Under the pieces are notes generated by a model. The model ran no database searches and was not told where the DNA came from. It saw nothing but the letters and a program-made list of their open reading frames with translations. 64,000 bases of DNA from Comamonadaceae bacterium (GTDB lineage: Bacteria; Pseudomonadota; Gammaproteobacteria; Burkholderiales; Burkholderiaceae_C), in the NCBI GenBank assembly GCA_947373105.1, contig CANBWK010000004.1, positions 1,400 to 65,399 on the forward strand, in the 5' to 3' direction. Positions 40,361 through 53,260 of the stretch are shown here, in pieces (the first letter of the stretch is position 1; each line of letters begins with the position of its first letter). Made by a program: the position numbers and the translations under genes.

Positions 40361-41844
40361 TTGGCAAGCATCTGCGCAATGGCTTGGGCGCACAAAGTCA
40401 TCAATGCGCCAGGCACAATACCCAAAACCAAAACCAACAAACCATTGAGCGACAAGACGACCCTGACATCGGCGTCCGCAGTCACAGTCGTAGCCGTCAC
40501 AGGCTCATCAAAGTACATGACCTTGACCACACGCAAGTAATAAAAAGCGCCAATCAAGGACATGATCACCGCAAACACGGCCAAAGAAATGGCGTACGTT
40601 TGACCGGATGCGATCAAGGCTTGCAATACAGACAACTTGGCGTAAAAGCCAACCAATGGCGGGATGCCTGCCAATGAAAACATGCAAATAGCCATCACAC
40701 CTGCATACAACGGACTGCGGTGATTCAGCCCAGCCAAATCAATGATCTCTTCGCTCTCAAACCCTTGTCGAGCCAACAGCATGATGATCCCAAAACTGGC
40801 CAAGGTGGTCAGTACATAGCCAATCACGTAGAACATCGCCGAGCTGTAAGCGTTGGCAGCATGGTCGGCGTTACCGCTGACCACACCGGCAATCAGACCA
40901 ATCAAGACAAAACCCATTTGGGCTATGGTTGAATAAGCCAACATGCGCTTGAGGTTGGTTTGTGCAATGGCTGCAAAGTTACCCACCAGCAAAGACGCCA
41001 CGGCCAACAAGGCCAGCATTTGTTGCCAGTCCACCGCCAATGGCAATAAACCTTCTACCAAGACACGGATCACCAGAGCAAAGGCGGCCAATTTGGGAGC
41101 GCCGGCGATCATCAACGTCGCGGCAGTGGGAGCACCTTGATACACATCAGGAATCCACATGTGAAAGGGCACTACACCCAACTTGAATGCCAAGCCAGAA
41201 ACGATGAACACCAACCCAAATACCAGTACCTGCTGTTTGATCTGTCCCGTGGCTATAGCCTTGAATATGACGCTCAAATCCAGACTGCCCGTGGCACCGT
41301 AGACCATGGAGATGCCATAGAGTAAGAAACCAGAAGCCATCGCGCCCAGCACGAAGTACTTCATCGCAGCCTCGGTGGCATTGGCATTGTCACGACGCAA
41401 AGCGACCAACGCATAGCTTGACAATGTCAATAATTCCAAACCGAGGTACAGCACCAAAAAGTTTTGTCCGGAAATCATCACGCTCATGCCCAGCAGTGCA
41501 AACATGGACAGGGAGAACATCTCTCCGCCACGCATCATGTCGCGATCGGCTGCATAGGGCCGTGCATAGACCAGGGTGATCATCACGGCAATAGCTGAAA
41601 AGCACTTAAGCCAATGGCCCATGGGATCACTGACCACCAAACGGCCAAAACCATAGAGCGTTTGTCCCGCATCGGCATACAAGGCATGCATCAAAGCCAC
41701 ACCAGCCAAAGAAGCCAATGTCAAAGCGTAAGTGGTGGTGCGTTTGGGGCATGTCACCAGCAGGTCGACCAACGCAATCGCGCAGGCCATGACCAGCAGC
41801 ACGATTTCGGGATAGACCGCCATCCAGCTGGTTGCGTCAATCAT
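40357..41844 (-). CDS. nuoN: NADH-quinone oxidoreductase subunit N
   Basis: [30 protein letters not shown]. Confidence 0.96.
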   Translation of the reverse strand: MIDATSWMAVYPEIVLLVMACAIALVDLLVTCPKRTTTYALTLASLAGVALMHALYADAGQTLYGFGRLVVSDPMGHWLKCFSAIAVMITLVYARPYAADRDMMRGGEMFSLSMFALLGMSVMISGQNFLVLYLGLELLTLSSYALVALRRDNANATEAAMKYFVLGAMASGFLLYGISMVYGATGSLDLSVIFKAIATGQIKQQVLVFGLVFIVSGLAFKLGVVPFHMWIPDVYQGAPTAATLMIAGAPKLAAFALVIRVLVEGLLPLAVDWQQMLALLAVASLLVGNFAAIAQTNLKRMLAYSTIAQMGFVLIGLIAGVVSGNADHAANAYSSAMFYVIGYVLTTLASFGIIMLLARQGFESEEIIDLAGLNHRSPLYAGVMAICMFSLAGIPPLVGFYAKLSVLQALIASGQTYAISLAVFAVIMSLIGAFYYLRVVKVMYFDEPVTATTVTADADVRVVLSLNGLLVLVLGIVPGALMTLCAQAIAQMLAN

Positions 41845-41892
41845 GTGTCTTCTCTCAATTCTTAGAAATCAGCGTGAACGTCAATGACGGTC

Positions 41893-43368
41893 TTAAGGTA
41901 ATTTGGACAAAGCGACATGCTTAAGCAAGTCAGCCACTGAGGCTTCCATCACGTCGGTAAAGGGACGGGGATACAAGCCCATGTAAAGTACCGCAATGGC
42001 CAGCAAGGCCAGCATGATGAACTCGCGGGTGTTGATGTCCGTGAGCCCTTTAACGTCGTCATTGGTAACAGGTCCGAGATACACACGTTTGAACATCCAC
42101 AATGTATATGCAGCACCAAAAATCAGCGCAGAAGACGCCAACACGCCGACCACGAAGTTGAACTTCACAGCCCCCAGAATCACCATCCACTCGCCCACAA
42201 AACCGGCGGTTGCAGGCAAACCGCAGTTGGCCATCGAGAACAGCAGTGCAAACGCAGCGAACTTGGGCATGGTGTTGATGACGCCACCGTAACTGGAAAT
42301 TTCACGGGAGTGAACACGGTCGTACAGCACGCCAATAGACAAGAACATGGCGGCCGAAACAAAGCCATGCGCAATCATTTGGACCAAGCCACCTGAAACG
42401 CCGAGCGGGTTGAAGATGAAAAAGCCCAAAGTGACAAAGCCCATGTGGGCGACAGAAGAATAGGCAACCAATTTCTTCATGTCTTGTTGGACCATGGCCA
42501 CCAGTCCCACATAGACCACCGCGATCAAGGACAAGACGATGATGAACATACCCCATTCACGCGCGGCATCGGGCGCAATCGGCATTGAAAACCGAAGAAA
42601 ACCATAGGCACCCAGCTTCAGCATGATGGCGGCCAAGACGGCTGAGCCTCCGGTGGGCGCTTCGACGTGTACATCGGGCAACCAAGTGTGAACGGGCCAC
42701 ATCGGCACCTTCACGGCAAACGCGGCAAAGAAGGCAAAGAAAATCAAATTTTGAGCCATCGACGACAGCGGCATCTTGTGCCAGGTCGCAATGTCAAAAC
42801 TGCCGCCCGATTGGGTGTAAAGGTAGATCAAAGCCACCAAGGTGAGCAAGGAGCCCAACAAGGTGTAGAGGAAGAACTTGAAGGCTGCATAAATTTTGTT
42901 CGGCCCCCCCCAAATACCAATGATCAAATACATCGGTATGAGTGTGGCTTCAAAGAAAACGTAGAACAACAATCCGTCCAAGGCACAGAAGACGCCAATC
43001 ATCAAGCCAGACAAGATCAAAAAGGCAGCCATGTACTGGTTGACTTTGCGGGTAATGACTTCCCAGCCTGCAATCACCACAATCACATTGATGAAAGCAG
43101 TCAACAACACCAACCAAAAAGAAATACCGTCGAGACCCAAGTGATAGTTCACGTTGAAGCGCTCAATCCATGGGGCCTTTTCTACAAACTGCATGGCCGA
43201 AGTCCCCAGCTCAAAGCGGGCGTACAAAGGCAATGTGATCAAGAAGCTGATTAAGGCACCAATCAAAGCAAGCCAACGCACTGCGCGGGCATGTTCATCG
43301 CGACCCAAGGCCAGCAAGACAAGCCCAAACGCAATAGGCGTCCAGACAGCAAGGCTCAACAATCCCAT
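41893..43368 (-). CDS. nuoM: NADH-quinone oxidoreductase subunit M
   Basis: FYVFFEATLIPMY, KVPMWPVHTWLPDVHVEAPT. Confidence 0.96.
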   Translation of the reverse strand: MGLLSLAVWTPIAFGLVLLALGRDEHARAVRWLALIGALISFLITLPLYARFELGTSAMQFVEKAPWIERFNVNYHLGLDGISFWLVLLTAFINVIVVIAGWEVITRKVNQYMAAFLILSGLMIGVFCALDGLLFYVFFEATLIPMYLIIGIWGGPNKIYAAFKFFLYTLLGSLLTLVALIYLYTQSGGSFDIATWHKMPLSSMAQNLIFFAFFAAFAVKVPMWPVHTWLPDVHVEAPTGGSAVLAAIMLKLGAYGFLRFSMPIAPDAAREWGMFIIVLSLIAVVYVGLVAMVQQDMKKLVAYSSVAHMGFVTLGFFIFNPLGVSGGLVQMIAHGFVSAAMFLSIGVLYDRVHSREISSYGGVINTMPKFAAFALLFSMANCGLPATAGFVGEWMVILGAVKFNFVVGVLASSALIFGAAYTLWMFKRVYLGPVTNDDVKGLTDINTREFIMLALLAIAVLYMGLYPRPFTDVMEASVADLLKHVALSKLP

Positions 43369-43380
43369 TTTTATTCTTCC

Positions 43381-45411
43381 TTACTTGTTGAGCCAGACGA
43401 AATACGTCATCAGCACAAAAACACCCAAGATCATGACCAAGGCGTAGTGGTAGAGATAACCCGATTGGAACTTGCGCACCTGACCGGAAACCCAACCCAC
43501 CAGTTTCCAAGAGCCATTGACGAGGAAACCATCAATCAATGCACGGTCGCCAAGTTTCCAGAGACCGTTGCCCAAAGCACGGGCACCACGGGCCAGAATA
43601 TTTTCATTGAACCAATCCAGGAAATACTTGTTTTCCAAGAGCACCACAATCGGTTTGAGCACCCTGGCGAATGCGGCAGGCACAGAAGGATTCACCATGT
43701 ACATGTACCAAGCCGTCACAACACCCGCCACAGCCAGCCAGAAGGGCGCTGAAGTCAGCGCATGCATCGCCATACCCACAGGTCCGTGGAAGGCATGGGC
43801 CAACTCTTCCATCACTGGGTGACGGGCAGTATCGACAACGATGGCATCTTTGAAAAAATCGCCAAACAACATGGGTGTGATGGTCATGAAGCCAATCACG
43901 ACAGAAGGGATCGCCAGCAAGACCAGCGGCACCGTCACAACCCATGGCGACTCATGGGGCTTGTCATGTACGCCGTGGCCATGGTCATGGTCATCATGAT
44001 GGGCATCATGGTGAAGGTCAGGATTTAGCTCATAACGCTCTTTGCCATGAAACACTAAAAAATACATGCGGAAGGAATAAAACGCGGTTACGAAAACACC
44101 AGCCAAAACCGCAAAGTGTGCAAAACCTGCAGCAGGCAGATGGCTCTCAGCCACGGCTTCGATGATGCTGTCCTTGGAGTAAAAACCCGAGAAAAAAGGC
44201 GTACCAATCAAGGCCAGTGAACCTAAAAAGGAGGTGATCCAAGTGATCGGCATGTACTTGCGCACACCCCCCATCCAGCGAATGTCCTGGTTATGGTGCA
44301 TGCCCATGATGACGGAACCAGCACCCAAGAAAAGCAAAGCCTTGAAGAAGGCATGGGTCATCAGATGAAACACCGCGACCGAATACGCAGAAGCGCCCAG
44401 GGCCACGGTCATGTAACCCAGTTGAGACAAGGTGGAGTAAGCCACCACGCGTTTGATGTCATTCTGGATAATGCCCAAGAACCCCATGAACAATGCGGTG
44501 ATGGCGCCAATGACCATGATGAAATTCAAGGCGGTGTCAGACAACTCAAACAATGGCGACATCCGGGCCACCATGAAAATACCCGCTGTGACCATGGTGG
44601 CAGCGTGGATCAGTGCGGAGATGGGTGTAGGTCCCTCCATAGAGTCAGGTAACCACACGTGCAAAGGAAATTGAGCCGACTTGCCCATCGCACCAATGAA
44701 CAGGCAAATGCAAATCACCGTGACCAGCATCCAGTTCGTACCCGGCAGCGTCAGAGAACTTAATTCACCAGCCTTGGCGAACGCTTCCGTGTAGTTCAGC
44801 GTGCCCGCAAAGGCTGCAATCAATCCAATCCCCAAAATGAACCCAAAGTCACCCACACGGTTCACCAAAAAGGCTTTCATGTTGGCAAAAATAGCCGTCG
44901 GCTTATTGAACCAAAAACCGATCAGGAGATAGGACACCAAGCCAACGGCCTCCCAACCGAAGAACAGTTGCAGCATGTTGTTGCTCATAACAAGCATCAA
45001 CATGGAGAAAGTAAACAGCGAGATGTAGGCAAAGAATCGGTTGTAACCTTCGTCTTCTTCCATGTAACCGATCGTGTAGATATGCACCATCAGGGACACG
45101 AAAGTGACGACACACATCATCATGGCGGTGAGGCCATCGATCATGAAGCCAACTTCCATTTTGAGTCCACCTACGACCATCCAGGTGTATAGCGTTTCGT
45201 TCAATCGAGCGCCTTCAAGCGCCACACTTTTGAGTGTCATGGCGGACAGAATAAAGGCCACCAGAACGCCCAAAATAGTCAAGGTATGCGTCAGCCGACG
45301 CCCGATCCAGTTGCCACCCAATCGGGTGCCAAAAATACCTGCCAGCACAGAGCCCACCAGAGGGGCGAGCGGCACGGCCAGCAGCGTGCTTGCGTTGAGG
45401 GTTTGACTCAT
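43381..45411 (-). CDS. nuoL: NADH-quinone oxidoreductase subunit L
   Basis: GWEAVGLVSY, GKSAQFPLHVWLPDSMEGPTP, His-rich loop. Confidence 0.96.
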   Translation of the reverse strand: MSQTLNASTLLAVPLAPLVGSVLAGIFGTRLGGNWIGRRLTHTLTILGVLVAFILSAMTLKSVALEGARLNETLYTWMVVGGLKMEVGFMIDGLTAMMMCVVTFVSLMVHIYTIGYMEEDEGYNRFFAYISLFTFSMLMLVMSNNMLQLFFGWEAVGLVSYLLIGFWFNKPTAIFANMKAFLVNRVGDFGFILGIGLIAAFAGTLNYTEAFAKAGELSSLTLPGTNWMLVTVICICLFIGAMGKSAQFPLHVWLPDSMEGPTPISALIHAATMVTAGIFMVARMSPLFELSDTALNFIMVIGAITALFMGFLGIIQNDIKRVVAYSTLSQLGYMTVALGASAYSVAVFHLMTHAFFKALLFLGAGSVIMGMHHNQDIRWMGGVRKYMPITWITSFLGSLALIGTPFFSGFYSKDSIIEAVAESHLPAAGFAHFAVLAGVFVTAFYSFRMYFLVFHGKERYELNPDLHHDAHHDDHDHGHGVHDKPHESPWVVTVPLVLLAIPSVVIGFMTITPMLFGDFFKDAIVVDTARHPVMEELAHAFHGPVGMAMHALTSAPFWLAVAGVVTAWYMYMVNPSVPAAFARVLKPIVVLLENKYFLDWFNENILARGARALGNGLWKLGDRALIDGFLVNGSWKLVGWVSGQVRKFQSGYLYHYALVMILGVFVLMTYFVWLNK

Positions 45412-45418
45412 CTTGTTA

Positions 45419-45727
45419 TTAACCCTTGAGCGAATTGAGTTCGTCCACGTTGATGCTGTTCTTGTTACGGAAGAGCAAAACGAGGATGGCCAGGCCAATT
45501 GCCGATTCGGCGGCGGCCACGGTGAGAATGAAGAACACAAACACCTGGCCGCGCATGTCACCCAAATAATGAGAGAACGCGACAAAATTCATATTGACGG
45601 CCAGCAACATCAGTTCAATGGCCATCAACAAAACGATCAGGTTTTTACGGTTCAAGAAGATACCAATCACCGCCAAGGCAAACAGCATGGCACCCAAAGA
45701 AAGGTAATGTCCAAGGGTCAAAGTCAT
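45419..45727 (-). CDS. nuoK: NADH-quinone oxidoreductase subunit K
   Basis: [22 protein letters not shown]. Confidence 0.96.
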   Translation of the reverse strand: MTLTLGHYLSLGAMLFALAVIGIFLNRKNLIVLLMAIELMLLAVNMNFVAFSHYLGDMRGQVFVFFILTVAAAESAIGLAILVLLFRNKNSINVDELNSLKG

Positions 45728-46389
45728 GACTTGATCTCCGTTGTCACAGCAGCTTGCGCTGGCGGTTGAGGTGCAACACCCGCTTGCGTCACGCCAACCT
45801 TGATGATCGACAAACGATCCGCAGCCCGAACGCGCACTTGCAATGAGGGATTGATCGCCTTGCTGTCTTTGCGCTCACGCAAAGTCAGCGCAATGGCGGC
45901 GATCATGGCTACCAGCAAAATCACGGCACCAATTTGGATGGGCATGAGGTAATCGGTATAGAGCAATATTCCGAGGGCTTTTGCATTCGAAACGGGTGCA
46001 GCCACCTGCCCCACCGCCAAGATGGCCTTAGGGGCTTCAGTCAGGCGAAAGCCTCCCATGAGCACCGCCGCCATTTCGAGTGCAATCAATGTACCCAATG
46101 TCGCTGCCAATGGGAAGTGCTTCCAAAAGCCTTCACGCAATATGTCCATATTGATGTCCAGCATCATCACCACAAACAAGAACAACACCATGACCGCACC
46201 GAGGTAAACCAACACCAGGGTAATGGCCAAAAATTCAGCTTGCAGCAAAAACCACAAGCCAGAGGCTTGCGAAAAGGCCAGCATGAGATACAAAACTGCG
46301 TGCACAGGATTGCGCGCCGTCACCACGCGAAAAGCGGCAAACAGCAGTACCGCAGAGAACAGATAGAAAAACCCCGTTTGGATGTCCAT
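45724..46389 (-). CDS. nuoJ: NADH-quinone oxidoreductase subunit J
   Basis: [24 protein letters not shown]. Confidence 0.95.
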   Translation of the reverse strand: MDIQTGFFYLFSAVLLFAAFRVVTARNPVHAVLYLMLAFSQASGLWFLLQAEFLAITLVLVYLGAVMVLFLFVVMMLDINMDILREGFWKHFPLAATLGTLIALEMAAVLMGGFRLTEAPKAILAVGQVAAPVSNAKALGILLYTDYLMPIQIGAVILLVAMIAAIALTLRERKDSKAINPSLQVRVRAADRLSIIKVGVTQAGVAPQPPAQAAVTTEIKS

Positions 46390-46401
46390 GATTCAATTCT
46401 T

Positions 46402-46905
46402 TCAGCGGTACTTGGCATCCGCAGCGCGTGCTGCCGCAATGTCTTTTTCGTAGCGATCACCCACTGCCAGCAGCATGTCTTTGGTGAAGTACAAGTCCCC
46501 CCGTTTTTCGCCGTGGTATTCAAAAATGTGTGTTTCGACAATCGAATCTACAGGGCAACTCTCTTCACAGAAACCGCAAAAAATACACTTGGTCAGGTCA
46601 ATGTCGTAGCGTGTCGTGCGACGTGAGCCATCATCGCGGACACCTGCCTCAATGGTGATCGCCATCGCAGGACAAACCGCCTCGCATAACTTGCAAGCAA
46701 TGCAACGCTCTTCGCCATTGTCATAACGGCGCAGGGCATGCAACCCTCGAAAACGGGGCGACTGCGGGGTTTTTTCTTCAGGGAATTGCACTGTCACCTT
46801 GCGGGCAAAAGCGTAACGTCCTGTCAGGGCCATGCCCTTGAGCAACTCCACCAGCATGAAGCTTTTGAAGAAGTCCTTGAGTGAGAAAGATGTCATGGTA
46901 GTCAT
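46402..46905 (-). CDS. nuoI: NADH-quinone oxidoreductase subunit I
   Basis: [12 protein letters not shown] and [12 protein letters not shown] ferredoxin motifs. Confidence 0.96.
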   Translation of the reverse strand: MTTMTSFSLKDFFKSFMLVELLKGMALTGRYAFARKVTVQFPEEKTPQSPRFRGLHALRRYDNGEERCIACKLCEAVCPAMAITIEAGVRDDGSRRTTRYDIDLTKCIFCGFCEESCPVDSIVETHIFEYHGEKRGDLYFTKDMLLAVGDRYEKDIAAARAADAKYR

Positions 46906-46915
46906 GGCTCTGCGT

Positions 46916-47998
46916 TCATTTCCAGATGTTCCAGGGTGAGAACAACCAAGCCCCCACCACCAGTAGCCACACCAAAGTGACAGGAATGAAAATCTTCCAG
47001 CCCAGACGCATGATCTGGTCATATCGGAAGCGAGGGAACGTGGCGCGAATCCAGATGAACATGGACACGACCAAGAAAGTTTTCAGGCCCAACCAGATCC
47101 AACCCGGAATCATGTTGAACAGTGCGCTGTCTATAGGCGATATCCAGCCGCCCAAAAACATGATCACGGCCAAAATAGAGACCAACCACATGCTGGCATA
47201 TTCGGCCAAGAAGAAAATGGCAAAACCCATACCCGAATACTCGACCATGTGTCCAGCCACGATTTCAGCCTCGCCCTCAACCACGTCGAAGGGATGGCGG
47301 TTGGTTTCAGCCACACCCGAGATCAGGTAAACCATGAAGATCGGAAACAAAGGCAACCAGTTCCAAGACAAGAAATTCAGACCGAGGGTGGCCATCTGCC
47401 CTTTACCCTGACCCAGCACAATGTCGGTCAGGTTCATGCTGCCCGAAACCATCAGTACCACCAAAAAGCAAAAGCCCATGGCAATTTCATAACTGACCAT
47501 TTGGGCTGAGGCACGCAGTGCACCCAGAAAAGCATATTTGGAGTTCGAAGCCCATCCGGCAATGATCACGCCATACACCTCAATGGACGTAATCGCCATC
47601 ACCAGCATCAAGCCGGCATTGATATTGGTCAGCGCGACTTCAGGTCCGAAGGGAATCGCGACCCATGCGGCCAAAGCAGGCATGATCGCCATGATCGGTC
47701 CTAACCGGAACAGACCCAAACTGGCGGCAGTGGGATTGATCAATTCTTTGGTCAGTAATTTGACGGCATCGGCAATCGGCTGCAACAAACCCATCGGCCC
47801 GACCCGGTTAGGGCCATGACGCACTTGCATGAAACCCAAGAGCTTGCGCTCCCATAAGGTCAGATAAGCCACAGCACCCATCAGAGGCGCCAAAATGGCC
47901 ACAATCTTGATCAGTATCCAAAGCACCGGCCAAGCCATCGTGACCCACCAGTTGGCAGCCAACAAGTTCAACCCACCGTTGTACAAGCCATCAATCAT
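46916..47998 (-). CDS. nuoH: NADH-quinone oxidoreductase subunit H
   Basis: [34 protein letters not shown]. Confidence 0.96.
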   Translation of the reverse strand: MIDGLYNGGLNLLAANWWVTMAWPVLWILIKIVAILAPLMGAVAYLTLWERKLLGFMQVRHGPNRVGPMGLLQPIADAVKLLTKELINPTAASLGLFRLGPIMAIMPALAAWVAIPFGPEVALTNINAGLMLVMAITSIEVYGVIIAGWASNSKYAFLGALRASAQMVSYEIAMGFCFLVVLMVSGSMNLTDIVLGQGKGQMATLGLNFLSWNWLPLFPIFMVYLISGVAETNRHPFDVVEGEAEIVAGHMVEYSGMGFAIFFLAEYASMWLVSILAVIMFLGGWISPIDSALFNMIPGWIWLGLKTFLVVSMFIWIRATFPRFRYDQIMRLGWKIFIPVTLVWLLVVGAWLFSPWNIWK

Positions 47999-50109
47999 GC
48001 CGCCACCTCTTGGCCAAGACGGGCATCAGCCGTCATTTGCAATGAGGGGGCTCGGCGAACCACACCGTCCAACTGGTAAATACGCGCCACATGAGGCACA
48101 GCAACTTCACCCGACATATGCAACGGTCCCTGGCTCGCGTTGCTCAAGACGGGCGGCCGTGCTGTGGCCTTGGCCAAGACATCTTGCGAAGTCTCAAAAT
48201 CGAAACCCGGAATACCCATCAAATTGGCCAGTACGCGCAGGACCTTCCAAGCCGGACGCGTCTCTCCCAAAGGTTTGACCACAGCATGGAAACTTTGCAA
48301 ACGGCCTTCAGCATTCACAAAACTGCCTGAAGTTTCAGTGAAGGGCGCAATGGGTAAAAGCACATCAGAAAAAGCCATATTGGCTTTGAATGGACTCAGT
48401 GTGATCACCATGTCAGCTTGACCCAAAGCCTTGGCGGCTTGGGTACCTGCCGCGCTGTCGAACTCCGGTTCGTTATTCAGCAGTAAGACTGCTTTCAAAC
48501 CACCGCTCAGTATTTGACCTGCGTTAGATCCACCTGTTTGCGGCTGCGCTTTAACCCACTGCGCACCGACAGTATTGGCCGCTTCAGTCAGATAGCCTAC
48601 TGAGGCACCCGTGTGTTCAGCAATCCAGTTGGCCAAAGTCAACAAGCTTGAAGCATGGGCGTGATGCGCAGCCGCATTGCCCAACAAGATGGCTTTCCGT
48701 TCACCGCCCATCATGGATTTGGCAATGGCAGAGGCTTGCGGTGTGGCTTGACCCGCTGCAGGGGCTTGGACACCCTTTTCAGTCGCAATCACAGCGGCGA
48801 TGTCAGCCAGATGCTGTGCCCATGTGCTTGGGGTATCAATCCACGCCTGTGCCACAGGCATGGCCCAAGCTTGCTTGTCAGTCAACAAAGAAGCCGAAGT
48901 CACAGCATTGAGCTGCGCTCCATGACGGACAGCTTGGCGAATACGTTGGGCAAACAGCGGATGCTCTTTACGCAGATTGCTGCCCACCACCAAAACGCGC
49001 TGCAATGTCGACAACGAAGCCACGGAAGTCCCGAGATAACGAATGCCCTGTGAAGCTGTGAACTCTGCATTGCGCAGTCGGTAGTCGATATTGTCAGAGC
49101 CCAAACCCCGCAACAACTGCCCGGCAAGGTACAACTCTTCCACCGTACTGTGGGGGCTGACCAAAGCACCGATGCTGCTGGCGCCATGGTCGCTGCTGAT
49201 GTTTTTCAGACCATTGGCCACGTACTCCAACGCAGTTTGCCAGTCGACTTGCTTCCACTCTCCACCTTGTTTGAGCATGGGGGCGGTTAAACGCTCAGGG
49301 CTGTTCAGTGCCTCATAGGAGAAGCGATCGCGGTCGGCAATCCAGCACTCATTGACCTCTTCATTTTCCAGGGGAACGACACGCATCACGTGGTTATTTT
49401 TAACTTGCACCACCAAGTTAGCGCCTGAAGAGTCATGTGCAGCAATCGACTTGCGGCGGGACAACTCCCAGGTCCGGGCACTGTAACGGAAAGGCTTGCT
49501 GGTCAAAGCGCCTACAGGGCAAATGTCGATCATGTTGCCCGACAGCTCAGAGTCCACCGACTGGCCCACAAAGGTTTCGATTTCAGCGTGTTCGCCACGG
49601 TGCGACATACCCAACTCCATCACACCGGCCACTTCTTGGCCAAAGCGCACGCAGCGTGTGCAATGGATACAGCGGCTCATCTCTTGCATGCTGATCAAAG
49701 GCCCCACATCTTTGACAGCGACAACACGTTTTTCTTCTTCATAGCGAGAAGTCGAGCCACCGTAGCCAACAGCCAAGTCCTGCAACTGACATTCGCCACC
49801 TTGGTCACAGATTGGGCAATCCAAGGGGTGATTGATGAGCAAAAATTCCATCACCGACTTCTGAGCTTGTATCGCCCGGTCAGTTTTGGTGCGCACGATC
49901 ATGCCTTGTGTCACAGGCGTGGCACAAGCAGGCATGGGTTTAGGTGCTTTTTCAACATCGACCAAACACATACGGCAGTTGGCCGCAATGCTCAATTTTT
50001 TGTGATAACAGAAGTGTGGAATGTAGGTGCCGGCTTTTTCAGCCGCATGCATGACCATGCTGCCCTCGACAACTTCAACCTTCTGACCGTCCAGTTCAAT
50101 TTCAACCAT
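47995..50109 (-). CDS. nuoG: NADH-quinone oxidoreductase subunit G
   Basis: CYHKKL...[40 protein letters not shown]. Confidence 0.96.
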   Translation of the reverse strand: MVEIELDGQKVEVVEGSMVMHAAEKAGTYIPHFCYHKKLSIAANCRMCLVDVEKAPKPMPACATPVTQGMIVRTKTDRAIQAQKSVMEFLLINHPLDCPICDQGGECQLQDLAVGYGGSTSRYEEEKRVVAVKDVGPLISMQEMSRCIHCTRCVRFGQEVAGVMELGMSHRGEHAEIETFVGQSVDSELSGNMIDICPVGALTSKPFRYSARTWELSRRKSIAAHDSSGANLVVQVKNNHVMRVVPLENEEVNECWIADRDRFSYEALNSPERLTAPMLKQGGEWKQVDWQTALEYVANGLKNISSDHGASSIGALVSPHSTVEELYLAGQLLRGLGSDNIDYRLRNAEFTASQGIRYLGTSVASLSTLQRVLVVGSNLRKEHPLFAQRIRQAVRHGAQLNAVTSASLLTDKQAWAMPVAQAWIDTPSTWAQHLADIAAVIATEKGVQAPAAGQATPQASAIAKSMMGGERKAILLGNAAAHHAHASSLLTLANWIAEHTGASVGYLTEAANTVGAQWVKAQPQTGGSNAGQILSGGLKAVLLLNNEPEFDSAAGTQAAKALGQADMVITLSPFKANMAFSDVLLPIAPFTETSGSFVNAEGRLQSFHAVVKPLGETRPAWKVLRVLANLMGIPGFDFETSQDVLAKATARPPVLSNASQGPLHMSGEVAVPHVARIYQLDGVVRRAPSLQMTADARLGQEVAA

Positions 50110-50121
50110 GAGAGGCACCCA

Positions 50122-51498
50122 TCAAACGTATGCACCGACCATACAGGTCTTGTGCTCAACGTGGTATTCAAATTCGTGACGGAAATGCTTGAGCATGCCG
50201 CGCACCGGCAGAGCCGCTGCATCACCCAAAGCGCAAATGGTGCGGCCCATGATGCTGCCCGCCACACTGTCGAGCATGTCCATGTCACTGGCACGGCCCT
50301 GTCCGTTTTCAATTCTGTCCACCATGCGCCACAACCAACCCGTACCCTCGCGGCAAGGTGTGCACTGACCACAGGATTCGTGCGAATAGAAATACGACAA
50401 ACGCTGCAAAGACTTGACCATGCAACGGCTGTCGTCCATCACAATCACTGCGCCAGAACCCAGCATCGAACCTGCTTTGGCGATCGAGTCGTAATCCATG
50501 GTGATGTCCATCATCACATTCGCGGGTAAGACCGGCGCAGAGGAGCCGCCCGGAATCACCGCTTTGAGTTGACGACCAGCGCGAACACCGCCAGCCAGTT
50601 CAAGCAACTTGACGAAAGGAGTGCCCATCGGTATTTCGTAGTTACCAGGACGCTCAACATCCCCGCTGATCGAGAAAATCTTGGTGCCCCCGTTGTTGGG
50701 CTTGCCACATTCTAAATAGGCCTGACCACCATTGCGGATGATCCAAGGCACGGCCGCAAAAGTTTCGGTGTTGTTGATGGTGGTCGGTTTGCCATACAAA
50801 CCAAAGCTGGCAGGAAACGGCGGCTTGAAACGCGGCTGGCCTTTTTTGCCTTCGAGCGATTCGAGCAAAGCTGTTTCTTCACCACAGATGTAAGCGCCAA
50901 ATCCATGCGTAGCATGCAACTGGAAACTGAAAGTGCTGCCTAAAATGTTGTCGCCCAAGTAGCCTGCTGCACGGGCTTCTTCCAAAGCGGCTTCAAATCG
51001 TTCGTAAGTATGGAAGATTTCACCGTGGATGTAGTTGTACCCGACACTGATGCCCATCGCATACGCAGCAATGATCATGCCTTCAATGACCGTATGGGGA
51101 TTGAACTCCATGATGTCGCGGTCTTTGCACGTACCGGGCTCGCCTTCATCCGAGTTGCAGACCAAATATTTTTGACCTGGGAACTGCCGCGGCATGAAGC
51201 TCCATTTCAAACCGGTCGGAAAGCCCGCACCACCACGTCCTCGCAAACCAGATTCTTTGACGGTGGCAATGACTTGATCCTGAGTAAGTCCCGCAACACC
51301 CGTTTCTGGATTGGCCGGAGCGCCATCTTTTCCCAAAATTTTGCGCAAGGCCTGGTAACCACCGCGTGATTCGTAATCTTTCAGGCCCCAGTTGAGTCCA
51401 TCCAAACCCGCCATAATTTGCGGGGTGATATGACGGCCATGAAAAGAACTCTCCAAACCCGTGGCATGGAATTGACTTAATAATTGATCCAGGTTCAT
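50122..51498 (-). CDS. nuoF: NADH-quinone oxidoreductase subunit F
   Basis: [43 protein letters not shown]. Confidence 0.97.
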   Translation of the reverse strand: MNLDQLLSQFHATGLESSFHGRHITPQIMAGLDGLNWGLKDYESRGGYQALRKILGKDGAPANPETGVAGLTQDQVIATVKESGLRGRGGAGFPTGLKWSFMPRQFPGQKYLVCNSDEGEPGTCKDRDIMEFNPHTVIEGMIIAAYAMGISVGYNYIHGEIFHTYERFEAALEEARAAGYLGDNILGSTFSFQLHATHGFGAYICGEETALLESLEGKKGQPRFKPPFPASFGLYGKPTTINNTETFAAVPWIIRNGGQAYLECGKPNNGGTKIFSISGDVERPGNYEIPMGTPFVKLLELAGGVRAGRQLKAVIPGGSSAPVLPANVMMDITMDYDSIAKAGSMLGSGAVIVMDDSRCMVKSLQRLSYFYSHESCGQCTPCREGTGWLWRMVDRIENGQGRASDMDMLDSVAGSIMGRTICALGDAAALPVRGMLKHFRHEFEYHVEHKTCMVGAYV

Positions 51499-51986
51499 CA
51501 GGCTGCCCCTGCTTTCTTGAGACCTTCGATCAATTGATCGAGTTTGTCATTGCTCATGAAACTGCACATGTTGCGGTCGTTCACCAACAGAACGGGTGCA
51601 TCTGCACAGGCCCCTTGGCATTCGCTGGGTTGCAATGTGATCAAGCCATCGGCCGTGGTTTCACCGGCATGGATGCCCAGCTTGTGCTCCAAATGGGCCA
51701 AGGCTTGCGCCCCTCCCCGCAACTGGCAAGGCAGATTGGTGCAAACGTTCAACTTGAACTTGCCCACCGGCTTCAGGTTGTACATGTTGTAAAACGTTGT
51801 GACTTCGTGGACAGCCATGGGCGCCATGTCCAAGTGGTCGGCAACGATTTTCTCGCTCTCAGAACTGACCCATCCCAACTCTTGCTGAACGATGGCCAAA
51901 CACGCCATGACAGCCGACTGCTTCTGGTCAGCAGGGAACTTGGCCACTTCTCGGTCGAAGCGGGCTTTGGTGGACTCAGAGATCAT
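51498..51986 (-). CDS. nuoE: NADH-quinone oxidoreductase subunit E
   Basis: [23 protein letters not shown]. Confidence 0.95.
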   Translation of the reverse strand: MISESTKARFDREVAKFPADQKQSAVMACLAIVQQELGWVSSESEKIVADHLDMAPMAVHEVTTFYNMYNLKPVGKFKLNVCTNLPCQLRGGAQALAHLEHKLGIHAGETTADGLITLQPSECQGACADAPVLLVNDRNMCSFMSNDKLDQLIEGLKKAGAA

Positions 51987-53236
51987 CTGTCAATCTCTCC
52001 AAACACAATGTCCATGGTGCCGATGATGGCGACAGCGTCAGCCAGCATGTGGCCACGGGCCATTTCATCAAGGGTTGCCAGGTGGGCAAAGCCCGGGGCG
52101 CGAATTTTCAAACGATACGGCTTGTTGGCACCATCACTCACGAGGTAGATGCCAAACTCACCTTTGGGATGCTCAACGGCAGCGTAGGCTTGACCTTCGG
52201 GCACATGGAAGCCTTCGGTGAAGAGCTTGAAATGGTGGATCAAGTCTTCCATGTTGGACTTCATGCCTTCACGCGCAGGAGGTGCCACTTTGTGGTTGTC
52301 CGTGATCACAGGACCCGGATTGACCCGCAACCAAGCGATGCACTGCTGAACAATGCGGTTGGACTCGCGCATTTCTTGCACGCGCACCAAATAACGGTCG
52401 TAACTGTCGCCCGTCTTGCCCACGGGCACATCAAAGGCAACTTTGTCGTAGGCATCGTAGGGTTGTTTTTTACGCAAGTCCCAGGCAATGCCGGAGCCGC
52501 GCAACATCGGACCGGTCATCCCCAGATTGAGCGCACGCTCTGGCGGTACGACGCCGACGCCGACCGTACGCTGTTTCCAGATACGGTTGTCGGTCAGCAG
52601 GGTTTCGTATTCGTCAACGCACTTGGGAAAGCGCTGGGTAAAGTCATCAATAAAGTCAAGCAATGAACCACTGCGGTTTTTGTTCAGCTGCTCGATCGCC
52701 TTGGCATTCTTGATCTTGCTGACCTGGTACTGCGGCATGCTGTCGGGCAGGTCACGGTAGACACCGCCGGGACGGAAGTACGCGGCGTGCATGCGGGCAC
52801 CCGAGACAGCCTCGTACATATCGAAAAGGTCTTCTCGCTCACGGAAGGTGTAGATCAAGATGGTTGAGCTACCGCAATCGTTGCCGTGTGAGCCTAGCCA
52901 CATGAGGTGGTTCAGCAGTCGGGTAATTTCGGCAAACATCACACGGATGTACTGCGCACGCAAGGGAACCTCGATGCCCAGCAATTTTTCAATGGCCAAA
53001 CAGTAGGCATGCTCATTGGACATCATCGACACGTAATCGAGGCGGTCCATATAGGGCAAAGACTGAATAAAGGTCTTGCTTTCTGCCAGTTTTTCGGTGG
53101 CACGGTGCAGCAGACCAATGTGAGGATCAGCTCGTTGGACCACCTCACCATCGAGCTCAAGCACCAGGCGCAGCACGCCGTGTGCAGCTGGGTGCTGAGG
53201 TCCAAAGTTCAGGGTGTAGTTTTTGATTTCAGCCAT
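51983..53236 (-). CDS. nuoD: NADH-quinone oxidoreductase subunit D
   Basis: [40 protein letters not shown]. Confidence 0.97.
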   Translation of the reverse strand: MAEIKNYTLNFGPQHPAAHGVLRLVLELDGEVVQRADPHIGLLHRATEKLAESKTFIQSLPYMDRLDYVSMMSNEHAYCLAIEKLLGIEVPLRAQYIRVMFAEITRLLNHLMWLGSHGNDCGSSTILIYTFREREDLFDMYEAVSGARMHAAYFRPGGVYRDLPDSMPQYQVSKIKNAKAIEQLNKNRSGSLLDFIDDFTQRFPKCVDEYETLLTDNRIWKQRTVGVGVVPPERALNLGMTGPMLRGSGIAWDLRKKQPYDAYDKVAFDVPVGKTGDSYDRYLVRVQEMRESNRIVQQCIAWLRVNPGPVITDNHKVAPPAREGMKSNMEDLIHHFKLFTEGFHVPEGQAYAAVEHPKGEFGIYLVSDGANKPYRLKIRAPGFAHLATLDEMARGHMLADAVAIIGTMDIVFGEIDR

Positions 53237-53260
53237 GATTTCTTAACACGAAGCAAGGCT

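Noticed and set aside
43970-44030. His-rich repeat (CATGAT-like) in nuoL
   Set aside because: A His-rich loop is common in proteobacterial NuoL; not a separate repeat element.
49435-50529. 364-aa plus-strand ORF over nuoG/nuoF
   Set aside because: Antisense shadow ORF with no independent evidence.
51280-51340. Short insertion ([10 protein letters not shown]) in the NuoF N-terminus
   Set aside because: Falls in a variable surface segment before the conserved GLRGRGG motif; no evidence of an intein or functional insert.
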